Of a stretch of DNA of 64,000 nt, positions 34,488 through 45,770 are shown in pieces. The first letter of the stretch is position 1; each line of letters starts with the position of its first letter. Location: positions 1,230,762,001 to 1,230,826,000 of the forward strand of contig NW_027362761.1 of NCBI RefSeq assembly GCF_046119375.1. Direction: 5' to 3'. A model generated the notes under the pieces. That model was given only the letters and a program-made list of their open reading frames with translations, searched no databases and was not told the DNA's origin. The position numbers were made by a program, and so were the translations under genes. The DNA is from Phyllobates terribilis. Taxonomy: Eukaryota.

Positions 34488-37196
34488 CCTTCACACTAAG
34501 CCGTCTACTCTTCAGCGTCTATGGTCTACTCACACTGAGCCGTTCACTCTCCAGCGTCTCCAGTCTCCTGACACTGAGCCGTCTACTCTCCAGCGTCTCT
34601 GGTCTTCTCACATTGAGCAGTCTACTCTCCAGCGTCTCTGGTCACCTCACACTGAGTCGTCTACTCTCCAGCATCTCCGGTCTCCTCAGCCGTCTACTCT
34701 CCAGCGTCTCCGGTCTCCCCAGCCGTCTACTCTCCAGCGTCTCCGGTCTTCTCACACTGGGCCGTCTACTCTCCAGCATCTCCGGTCTCCTCAGCCGTCT
34801 ACTCTTCAGTGTCTTCGGTCTTCTCAAACTGGGCCGTCTGCTCTCCAGCATCTCTGGTCTTCTCACACTGAGCCGTCTACACTCCAGCGACTCCGGTCTC
34901 CTCACACTGAGCCGGCTGCTCTCCATTGTCTCCGGTCTCCTGACACTGAGTCGTCTACTCTCCTGTCTCCTCAGCCGTCTACTCTCCAGAGACTCTGGTC
35001 TCCTCACACAGCCGTCTACTCTCCAGCATCTCCCGTCTCCTAACACTGAGCTGTCTGCTCTCCATCGTCTCCGGTCTCCTGACACTGAGCCGACTACTCT
35101 CCTGTCTCCTCAGCCGTCTACTCTCCAGCGTCTCTGGTCTCCTCACTTTGAGCCTTCTACTCTCTAACGTCTCTGGTTTCCTCAGCTGTCTACTCTCCAG
35201 CATCTCCGATCTCCTCAGCCGTTTACTATCCAGTGTCTCCGGTCTCCTCACACTAAGCTGTCTACTCTCCAGCATCTCTGGTTTCCTCACACTGAGCCGT
35301 CTACTCTCCAGCATCTCCCGTCTCCTCAGCCGTCTACTTTCCCCAGCGTCTCCGGTCTTCTCACACTGGGCCATCTACTCTCCAGCATCTCCGGTCTCCT
35401 CGCACTGAGCCGTCTACTCTCCAGTGTCTCCAGTCTCCTCACACTAAGCCGTCTACTCTCCAGCGTATCTGGTCTCCTCAGCTGTCTACTCTCCAGTCTT
35501 CTCAGCTGTCTACTCTCCAGCGTCTCCGGTTTCCTCAGCTGTCTACTCTCCAGCATCTCTGGTCTTCTCACACTGGACGTCTCTGGTTTTTTCACACTGA
35601 GCCGTCTACTCTCTAGCATCTCCGGTTTCCACAGCTGTCTACAATCCAGCATCTCCAGTCTCCTCACACTAAGCCATCTACTTTCCAGGATCTCTGGTCT
35701 TCTCACACTGGGCCGTCTACTTTCCAGAGTCTCTGGCCTCCTCAGCTGTCTACTCTCCAGTGTCTCCAGTCTCTTCAGTTGTCTACTCTCCAGCGTCTCC
35801 AGTCTCCTCAGTTGTCTACTCTCCAGAGTCTCCGGTCTCCTCACACTGAGCCGTCTACTCTCCAGCGTCTCCAGTCTCCTCACACTAAGCCGCCTACTCT
35901 CCAGCATCTCCGTTCTCCTCACACTGAGCCGTCTACTCTCCAGCATCTCCGGTCTCCTCACACTAAGCCGTCTACTCTCCAGCGTCTCCGGTCTACTTAC
36001 ACTGAGCTGTCTACTCTCCAGTGTATCTGGTCTCCTCAGCTGTCTACTCTCCAGTCTTCTCAGCTGTCTACTCTCCAGCGTCTCCGGTTTCATCAGCTGT
36101 CTACTCTCCAGCGTCTCTGGTTTTCTCACACTGAGTCATCAACTCTCCAGCATCTCCGGTCTCCTCAGCTGTCTACTCTCCAGCGTCTCCGGTCTCCCCA
36201 GCCATCTACTCTCCAGTGTCTCCGGTCTTCTCACACTGGGCCGTCTACTCTCCAGCATCTCTGGTCTCCTCACACTGAGTCGTCTACACTCCAGCTTTTC
36301 CGGTCTCCTCACACTGAGCCGTCTGCTCTCCTGTCTCCTCAGTCGTCTACTCTCCAGAGACTCTGGTTTCCTGACACAGCCGTCGACACTCCAGCGTCTC
36401 CCGTCTCCTGACACTGAGCTGTCTGCTCTCCATCGTCTCCGGTCTCCTGACACTGAGCCGTCAACTCTCCTGTCTCCTCAGCCGTCTACTCTCCAGCGTC
36501 TCTGGTCTCCTCACTTTGAGTCGTCTACTCTCCAGTGTCTCCGGTTTCCTCAGCTGTCTACTCTCCAGCATCTCTGATCTCCTCAGCCGTCTACTATCCA
36601 GTGTCTCCCGTCTGCTCACACTAAGCTGTACTCTCCAGCGTCTCCGGTTTCCTCACACTGAGCCGTCTACTCTGCAGCATCTCCCGTCTCCTCAGCCGTC
36701 TACTCTCCAGGGTCTCCGGTCTTCTCACACTGGGCCGTCTACTCTTCAGAGTATTCGGTCTCCTCCCACTTAGCCATCTACTCTCCAGCATCTCCCGTCT
36801 CCTCAGCCGTCTACTCTTCAGTGTCTCCAGTCTCCTCAGTTGTCTACTCTCTAGTGTCTCCAGTCTCCTCAGTTGTCTACTCTCCAGCGTCTCCGGTCTC
36901 CTCACACTGAGCAGTCTACTCTCTCCGTCTCCGCACACTAAGCCGTCTACTCTCCAGCGTCTCCGGTCTCCTCACACTAAGCCGTCTATTCTCCAGCGTC
37001 TCCGGTCTCCTCACATTAAGCCGTCTACTCTCCAGCTTCTCCGATCTCCTCAGCTGTCTACTGTCCAGCATCTCCAGTCTTCTCATACTGGCCCATCTAC
37101 TCTCCAGCGTCTCCGGTCTCCTCAGCTATGTACTCTCCAGCGTCTTCGGTCTTCGCACACTGGGCTGTCTACTCTCCAGCGTGTCCCGTCTCTTCA

Positions 37197-37613
37197 TAGA
37201 ATCATAGAATGGTAGAGTTGGAGGGGACCGCCTGGATCATCTGGTCCAACCCCCTGCTCAAATCAGGATTCACTAAATCATCTCAGACAGATGTCTGTCC
37301 AGCCTCTGGAGACGTCCATTGAAGGAGAACTCACCACCTCTCGTGGCCGCCTGTTCCACTCATTGATCACCCTCACTGTAATACAGTGTCTTCTAATATC
37401 TAATCTGTGTCTCCTCCCATTCAGTTTCATCCCATTGCTTCTAGTCTTTCCTTGTGCAAATGAGAATTAAGATGATCCTTCTACAATGTGACAGCCCTTG
37501 AGATATTTGTAGACAGCTATTAAGTCTCCTCTCAGTCTTCTTTTTTTCAAGCTAAACATTCCCAAATCCAGTAACCGTTCCTCATAGGACATGGTTTGCA
37601 GACCGGTCACCAT
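37197..37613 (-). mobile_element. 5'-truncated CR1 LINE 3' end (copy 2)
   Basis: Same element with the same junctions as copy 1, retaining segments that copy 1 lacks. Confidence 0.92.
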
Positions 37614-38949
37614 TCTTCACACTAAGCCGTCTACTCTCCAGCGTCTATGGTCTACTCACACTGAGCCGTTCACTCTCCAGCGTCTCCAGTCTCCTGACAC
37701 TGAGCCGTCTACTCTCCAGTGTCTCTGGTCTTCTCACACTGAGCAGTCTACTCTCCAGCGTCTCCGGTCTCCTCAGCCATCTACTCTCCAGCGTCTCCGG
37801 TCTCCCCAGCCGTCTACTCTCCAGTGTCTTCGGTCTTCGCACACTGGGCTGTCTACTCTCCAGCGTCTATGGTCTACTCACACTGAGCCGTTCACTCTCC
37901 AGCGTCTCCAGTCTCCTGACACTGAGCAGTCTACTCTCCAGCGTCTCTGGTCTTCTCACACTGAGCAGTCTACTCTCCAGCGTCTCTGGTCGCCTCACAC
38001 TGAGTCGTCTACTCTCCAGCATCTCCGGTCTCCTGAACCGTCTACTCTCCAGCGTCTCCGGTCTCCCCAGCCGTCTACTCTCCAGCGTCTCCGGTCTTCT
38101 CACACTGGGCCGTCTACTCTCCAGCGTCTCCGGTCTCCTCACACTGAGCCGTGTACTCTCCAGCATCTCCGGTCTCCTCAGCCGTCTACTCTTCAGCGTC
38201 TTCGGTCTTCTCAAACTGGGCCGTCTACTCTCCAGCATCTTTGGTCTTCTAACACTGAGCCGTCTACACTCCAGCGTCTCCGGTCTCCTCACACTGAGCC
38301 GGCTGCTCTCCATTTTCTCCAGTCTCCTGACACTGAGCCGTCTACTCTCCTGTCTCCTCAGCCGTCTACTCTCCAGAGACTCTGGTCTCCTCACACAGCC
38401 GTCTACTCTCCAGTGTCTCCCGTCTCCTAACACTAAGCTGTCTACTCTCCAGCATCTCTGGTTTCCTCACACTGAGCCGTCTACTCTCCAGCATCTCCCG
38501 TCTCCTCAGCCGTTTACTTTCCAGCGTCTCCAGTCTTCTCACACTGGGCCATCTACTCTCCAGCATCTCCGGTCTCCTCACACTGAGCCGTCTACTCTCC
38601 GTTTACGGTCTTCTCACACTGAGCCGTCTACTCTCCAGCGCCTCCAGTCTCCTCACACTATGCCGTCTACTCTCCAGTGTCTCCAGTGTCCTCACACTAA
38701 GCCGTCTACTCTCCAGCGTCTTTGGTTTCCTCACACTGAGCTGTCTACTCTCCAGCGTATCTGGTCTCCTCAGCTGTCTACTCTCCAGTCTTCTCAGCTG
38801 TCTACTCTCCAGCATCTTCCGTCTTCGCACACTGGGCCGTTTACTCTCCAGCGTCTACTGCCTCCTCACACTGAGCCGTCTACTCTCCAGCGTCTTCGGT
38901 CTACTTACACTGAACTGTCTACTCTCCAGCGTATCTGGTCTCCTCTTCC

Positions 38950-41900
38950 TGGTGGCCTCCCCTGGAGGAGGAGGAGGATTAGAGGGCGCGGCCTCCCCTG
39001 GAGGAGGAGGATTAGAGGGTGCGGCCTCCCCTGGAGGAGGAGGAATAGAGTGCGCGGCCTCCGAAGGAGGATTAGAGGGCGCAGACTCGCGAGGAGGAGG
39101 AGTAGAGAGCATGGCCTCCCAAGGATGTGGAGGATTAGAGGGCGCGGCCTCCCGAGGAGGAGGATTAGAGGGTGCGGCCTCCCCTATAGGAGGAGGAAGA
39201 TTAGAGGGCGCGACCTCCCCTGGAGGAGGAGGAATAGAGTGCGCGGCCTCCCCTGGAGGAGGATTAGAGGGCGCTGCCTCCCCTGCAGGAGGAGGAGGAT
39301 TAGAGGGCGCGGCCTGCGGAGGAGGATTAGAGGGTGCAGCCTTCCCTGGAGGAGGAGAATTAGAGGGTGCAGCCTTCCCTGGAGGAGGAGGATTAGAGGG
39401 TGCAGACTCGCGAGGAGGAGGATTAGAGAGCATGGCCTCCCAAGGAGGTGGAGGATTAGAGGGCGTGGCCTCCCAAGGAGGAGGATTAGAGGGCTCGGCC
39501 TCCCGAGGAGGTGGAGGATTAGAGTGCGCGGCCTCCCCTATAGGAGGAGGAAGATTAGGGGGCGCGGCCTGAACTGGAGGAGGAGGAGGATTAGAGGGCG
39601 TAGACTCGCGAGGAGGAGAATTAGAGGGCATGGCCTCCCAAGGAGGAGGATTAGAGGGCGCGGCCTCCTGAGGAGGAGGATTAGAGGGCGCGGCCTCCAC
39701 TATAGGAGGAGGAGGAATAGAGTGCGCAGCCTCCCCTGGAGGAGGAGGAGGATTAAAAGGCGCCGCCTCCCCTGGAGGAGGAGGATTAGAGGGCGCTGCC
39801 TCCCCTGGAGGAGGAGGATTAGAGGCCGCCGCATCTGGAGAAGGATTAGAGGGCGCAGCCTTCCCTGGAGGAGGAGGATTAGAGGGCGCAGCCTCCCCTG
39901 GAGGAGGAGGATTAGAGGGCGAGGCCTCCCCTTGAGGAGGAGGAGGATTAGAGTGCGCGGTCTCCCCTGGAGGAGGATTAGGGGGCGCAGCCTCCCCTGG
40001 AAGAGGAGGATTAGAGGGCGCGGCTTCCCCTGGAGGAGGATTAGAGAGTGCGGACTCCCCTGGATGAGGGCGCAGCCTCCCCTGGAGGAGGATTAGAGGG
40101 CGCAGCCTCGCCTGGAGGAGAAGGATTAGAGGGCGCAGCCTCCCCTGGCGGAGGATTAGAGGGCGTGGCCTCGCCTGGAGGGGGAGGAGGAGGATTAGAG
40201 GGCGCGGCCTCCCCAGGAGGAGGAAGAGGATTAGAGGGCGCAGCCTTCCCTGGAGGAGGATTAGAGAGGGCGCGGCCTCCCCTGGAGGAGGAGGATTAGA
40301 GGACGCGGCCTCCCCTGGAAGAGGAGGATGAGGATTAGAGGGCGTGGCCTCCCCTTGAAGAGGAGGATTAGAGGGCGTGGCCTCCCCTGGAGGGGGAGGA
40401 GGAGGATTAGAGGGCGCGGCCTCCCCTGGAAGAGGAGGATTAAAGGCCGCGGCCTCCCCTGGAGGAGGAGGACTAGAAGGCGTGGCCTCCCCTGGAGGAG
40501 GAGGATTAGAGGGCGCAGCCTCCCCTGGAGGAGGAGGAGGATTAGAGGGCGCAGCCTTCCCTGAAAGAGGAGGATGAGGATTAGAGGGCGTGGCCTCCCC
40601 TGGAAGAGGAGGATGAGGATTAGAGGGCGTGGCCTCCCCTGGAAGAGGAGGATTAAAGGCCGCGGCCTCACCTGGAGGAGGAGGATTAGAGGACGCGGCC
40701 TCCCCTGGAGGAGGAGGAGGATTAGAGGGCGCGGCCTCCCCTGGAGGAGCAGGAGGAGGATTAGAGGGTGCGGCCTCCCCTGGAGGAGGATTAGAGGGCG
40801 CAGCCTCCGCTGGAGGAGGAGGATTAGAGGGCGCGGCCTCCCCTGGAGGAGGATTAGAGAGCGCGGCCTCCCCTGGAGGAGGAGGATTAGAGGGCGCGGC
40901 CTCCCCTGGAGGAGGAGGATTATAGGGCGCGGCCTCCCCTGGAGGAGGAGGAGGATTAGAGGGCGCGGCCTTCCCTGGAGGAGGAGGAGGATTGGAGGGC
41001 GCAGCCTCCCCTGGAGGAGGAGGATTAGAGGGCACGGCCTCCCCTGGAGGAGGAGGATTAGAGGGCGCGGCCTCCCCTGGAGGAGGAAGATGATTAGAGT
41101 GTGTGGTCTCCCGAGGAGGATTAGAGGGCGCTGCCTCCCGAGGAGGAGGATTAGAGGGCGCGGACTCCAGAGAAGGAGGAGCAGGATTAGAGGGCGTGGC
41201 CTCCCCTGGAGGAGGAGGCTGAGAGGGCGCGGCCTCCCTTGGAGGAGGAGGATTAGAGGGATCGGCCTCCTGTAGAGGAGAAGGATTAGAGGACGTAGCC
41301 TCCCCTGGAGGAGGAGGAGGATTAGAGGGCGCGGCCTCCTGAGGAGGAAGAGGAGGATTAGAGGGCGCGACCTCCCCTGGGGGAGGATTAGAGGGTGCGG
41401 CCTCCCCTGGAGGAGGAGTATTAGAAGGCGCGGCCTCCCCTGGAGGAGGAGGAGGATTAGAGTGCGTGGCCTCCCGAGGAGGATTAGAGGGCGCTGCCTC
41501 CCGAGGAGGAGGATTAGAGGGCGCGGACTCCAGAGAAGGAGGAGCAGGATTAGAGGGCGCGGCCTCCCCTGGAGGAGGAGGCTTAAAGGGCGCGGCCTCC
41601 CTTGGAGGAGGAGGAGGATTAGAGGACGCGGTCTCCTGTAGAGGAGAAGGATTAGAGGACGTAGCCTCCCCTGGAGGAGGAGGAGGATTAGAGGGCGCGG
41701 CCTCCTGAGGATCAAGAGGAGGATTAGAGGGCGCAGCCTCCCCTGGGGGAGGATTAGAGGGCGCGGCCTTCCCTGGAGAAGGAGGATTAGAGGGCGCAGC
41801 CTCCCCTGGAGGGGGAGGAGGAGGATTAGAGAGCGCGGCCTCACCTGGAGGAGGAGGAGGATTAGAGGGCACGGCCTCCCCTGGAGGAGGATTAGAGGGC

Positions 41901-44527
41901 GCAGCCTCCCCTGGAAAAGGAGGATTAGAGGGCTCGGCCTCCCCTGGGGGAGGATTAGAGGGTGCGGCCTCCCCTGGAGGAGGAGTATTAGAGGGCGCGG
42001 CCTCCCCTGGAGGAGGAGGAGGATTAGAGTGCGTGGCCTCCCGAGGAGGATTAGAGGGCGCGGCCTCCCAAGGAGGAGGAGGCTTAGAGGGCGCGGACTC
42101 CAAAGAAGGAGGAGCAGGATTAGAGGGCGCGGCCTCCCCTGGAGGAGGAGGCTTAAAGGGCGCGGCCTCCCTTGGAGGAGGAGGAGGATTAGAGGACGCG
42201 GCCTCCTGTAGAGGAGAAGGATTAGAGGACGTAGCCTCGCCTGGAGGAGGAGGAGGATTAGAGGGCGCGGCCTCCTGAGGAGGAAGAGGAGGATTAGAGG
42301 GCGCGGCCTCCCCTGGGGGAGGATTAGAGGGCGCGGCCTTCCCTGGAGGAGGAGGATTAGAGGGCGCGGCCTCCCCTGGAGGAGGAGGATGATTAGAGTG
42401 CGTGGCCTCCCGAGGAGGATTAGAGGGCGCTGCCTCCCGAGGAGGAGGATTAGAGGGCGCGGACTCCAGAGAAGGAGGAGCAGGATTAGAGGGCGCAGCC
42501 TCCCCTGGAGGAGGAGGCTTAGAGGGCACGGCCTCCCTTGGAGGAGGAGGATTAGAGGACGCGGCCTCCTGTAGAGGAGAAGGATTAGAGGAAGTAGCCT
42601 CCCCTGGAGGAGGAGGAGGATTAGAGGGCGCGGCCTCCTGAGGAGGAAGAGGAGGATTAGAGGGCGCGGCATCCCCTGGGGGAGGATTAGAGGGTGCGGC
42701 CTCCCCTGGAGGAGGAGTATTAGAAGGCGCGGACTCCCCTGGAGGAGGAGGAGGATTAGAGGGCGCGGCCTCCCGAGGAGGATTAGAGGGCGCTGCCTCC
42801 CGAGGAGGAGGATTAGAGGGCGCGGACTCCAGAGAAGGAGGAGCAGGATTAGAGGGCGCGGCCTCCCCTGGGGGAGGATTAGAGGGCGCGGTCTTCCCTG
42901 GAGGAGGAGGATTAGAGGGCGCGGCCTCCCCTGGAGGAGGAGGATGATTAGAGTGCGCGGCCTCCCCTGGAGGAGGATTAGGGGGCGCGGCCTCCCCTGG
43001 AGGAGGATTAGGGGGCGCGGCCTCCCCTGGAGGAGGATTAGAGAGTGCGGACTCCCCTGGATGAGGAGGAGGGCGCAGCCTCCCCTGGAGGAGGATTAGA
43101 AGGCGCAGCCTCGTCTGGAGGAGGAGGAGGATTAGAGGGCGCAGCCTCCCCTGGCGGAGGATTAGAGGGCGTGGCCTCGTCTGGAGGGGGAGGAGGAGGA
43201 TTAGAGGGCGCGGCCTCCCCAGGAGGAGGAAGAGGATTAGAGGGCGCAGCCTTCCCTGGAGGAGGATTAGAGAGGGCGCGGCCTCCCCTGGAGGAGGAGG
43301 ATTAGAGGGCGCGGCCTCCCCTGGAAGAGGAGGATGAGGATTAGAGGGCGTGACCTCCCCTGGAAGAGGAGGATTAGAGGGCATGGCCTCTCCTGGAGGG
43401 GGAGGAGGAGGATTAGAGGGCGCGACCTCCCCTGGAGGAGGAGGATTAGAGGGCGCGGCCTCCCCTGGAGGAGGATTAGAGGGCGCGGCCTCCCCTGGAG
43501 GAGGAGGATTAGAGGGCGCGGCCTCCCCTTAAGGAGGAGGATTAGAGGGCGTGGCCTCCCCTGGAGGAGGAGGAGGATTAGAGGGCGTGGCCTCCCCTGG
43601 AGGAGGAGGAGGATTAGAGGGCGCGGCCTCCCCTGGAGGAGGAGGATTAGAGGGCGCGGCCTCCCCTGGAGGAGGAGGATTAGAGGGTGTGGCCTCCCCT
43701 GGAAGAGGAGGATTAAAGGGCGCGGCCTCCCCTGGAGGAGGATTAGAGGGTGCGGCCTCCCCTGGAGGAGGATTAGAGGGCGTGGCCTCCACTGGAGGAG
43801 GAGGATTAGAGGGCGTGGCCTCCCCTGGAGGAGGAGGATTAGAGGGCGCAGCCTCCCCTGGAGGAGGAGGATTAGAGGGCGCGGCCTCCCCTGGAGGAGG
43901 ATTAGAGGGCGTGGCCTCCCCGGGAAGAGGAGGATTAGAGGGCGTTGCCTCCCCTGGAGGGGGAGGAGGAGGATTAGAGGGCGCGGCCTCCCCTGGAGGA
44001 GGAGGATTAAAGGCCGCGGCCTCCCCTGGAGGAGGATTAGAGGGCGTGGCCTCCCCTGGAAGAGGAGGATTAAAGGCCGCGCCCTCCCCTGGAGGAGGAT
44101 TAGAGGGCGTGGCCTCCCCTGGAGGAGGAGGATTAGAGGGCGCAGCCTCCCCTGGAGGAGGAGGAGGATTAGAGGGCGCAGCCTTCCCTGGAGGAGGAGG
44201 AGGATTAGAGGGCGCAGCCTTCCCTGGAGGAGGAGGATTAGAGGGCGCAGCCTCCCCTGGAGGAGGAGGATTAGAGGGCGCGGCCTCCCCTGAAAGAGGA
44301 GGATGAGGATTAGAGGGCGTGGCCTCCCCTGGAAGAGGATGAGGCTTAGAGGGCGCGGCCTCCCTTGGACGATGAGGAGGATTAGAGGACGCGGCCTCCT
44401 GTAGAGGAGAAGGATTAGAGGACGTAGCCTCCCCTGGAGGAGGAGGAGGATTAGAGGGCGCGGCCTCCTGAGGAAGAGGAGGATTAGAGGGCGCGGCCTC
44501 CCCTGGGGGAGGATTAGAGGGCGCGGC
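38950..44527. repeat. 5.6-kb purine-rich 30-39-bp satellite with variable (GGA)n
   Basis: Unit (gga)n ttagagggcgcggcctcccct; ends exactly at the Gypsy LTR. Confidence 0.97.
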
Positions 44528-45770
44528 TGTAACGGGTCTGGGAGGCGGAACCTCTGAGCTACTATACAAGGGGGCGGTCCTTGTAAGGGAGCGGGTGGCG
44601 ACCAGGGAAGACGGGCAGGCAGTCACAGCAGGTGACCGGGGCAGTCTCTGAGTGAACGGGCTGGAGGTCACGGCAAGTGACCGGGGCAGTCTCTGGATGA
44701 ACGGGCAGGAGGTCACGGCAAGTGACCGGGGCAGTCTCTGGATGAACGGGCAGGAGGTCACGGCAAGTGACCGGGGCAGTCTCTGGATGAACGGGCAGGA
44801 GGTCACGGCAAGTGACCGGGGCAGTCTCTGGATGAACGGGCAGGAGGTCACGGCAAGTGACCGGGGCAGTCTCTGGGTAAAGGGTTGGTATGACCTGTGG
44901 CGGCTGATGGTAGACGTGAGCTCCCAGGTGAGCAGGCGAGAGTCTCTGGATAAACGGGTGGTCACAGCATGTGACGGCGGAGCCTCCAGGAAGACCAACA
45001 GACAGGCGGCAGATGAGCGCTCCCAGGTGAGCGGGCAGAAGTCACTGGACAGGCGGGTGGTCACAGCACGTGACGGCAGAGCCTCCAGGTAGGCTAGCAG
45101 ACAGGCAGCAGATGAGCGCTCCCAGGTGAGCGGGCAGGAGTCACTGGACAGGCAGGTGGTCACTGCACGTGACGGCGGAGCCTCCAGGTAGGCTAGCAGG
45201 CAGGTAGCAGATGTGCGCTCCCAGGTGAGCGGGCAAGCTGGTCCTTAGACAGACTGACCGGAGTTGGAAGGCAGACCGTCGGACCTCAGGCAAGCAGGCA
45301 GGTAGCTGATGTGCGCTCCCAGGTGAGCGGGCAAGCTGGTCCTTAGACAGACTGACAGGAGTAGTAAGGCAGACCGTCGGACCTCAGACTAGCAGGCAGG
45401 TAGCAGATAATCAGGCAGGAACAGACAGCAAGCTGGCAGGAATCTGGCAGGTATCTGGCAGGTAACTGGCAACGGGACCTGAGGGCTGAAGCAGAGCAGT
45501 GAACAGTGCAACAACATTGCTCGGGCACCTCCATTTTGGAGGAGGTGCCTTATATATGGTGAAGTCCTCCGGCCATTGGCCGGGGACTCCTTAGGACGGC
45601 GCGCGCGGCCCCCTTAAGAGGGAGGGAGAGCGCGCGCGCGCGCCCTAAGCACAGTGGCCGGGAAGGAGCGCGCGCTGCCAGCAGAGCGGGAGGAGGACGC
45701 CAGGCACGGAGCAGAGAGGTGAGGGGAATAGCGTCCCTGCCTAGCAGAGGGCAGGGACGCCGGCGCTACA
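44528..45770 (-). mobile_element. 3' LTR (1243 bp) of a chromodomain Ty3/Gypsy element, with internal tandem repeats (45-bp x~5 and longer units)
   Basis: Minus-strand start TGTAGCG directly after PPT AAAGGGGGGG (45774-45783) plus TAC; end CGTTACA; CCAAT (45575-45579) and TATATAAG (45549-45556) on the minus strand. Confidence 0.92.

Larger units (their letters stand above)
19117..38945. repeat. ~19.8-kb satellite of mixed 39- and 33-bp units with ~3.1-kb and ~6.2-kb higher-order repeats
   Basis: Units ctccagcgtctccggtctcctca(cactga)gccgtctact; identical marker ORFs recur at offsets of exactly 6180 or 6220 bp. Confidence 0.97.

Noticed and set aside
19108-38830. Dozens of RRPETLES / STLQRLRSP / LLSSVSGLL ORFs
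   Set aside because: Frames of the 33/39-bp satellite; used only as markers of higher-order periodicity.
19117-38945. BsaI (GGTCTC) and BsmBI (CGTCTC) sites in nearly every unit, suggesting synthetic DNA
   Set aside because: Explained by the internal gtctcc sub-repeat; units are naturally diverged and interrupted by old TEs.
38855-43384. Collagen/extensin-like or mucin gene
   Set aside because: No Gly-X-Y register, signal peptide or splice structure; the opposite strand is equally open.
38950-44527. Telomere-like TTAGAGGG (a few exact TTAGGG) in the GGA satellite
   Set aside because: One imperfect motif per unit and no tandem (TTAGGG)n, so not an interstitial telomere on this evidence.
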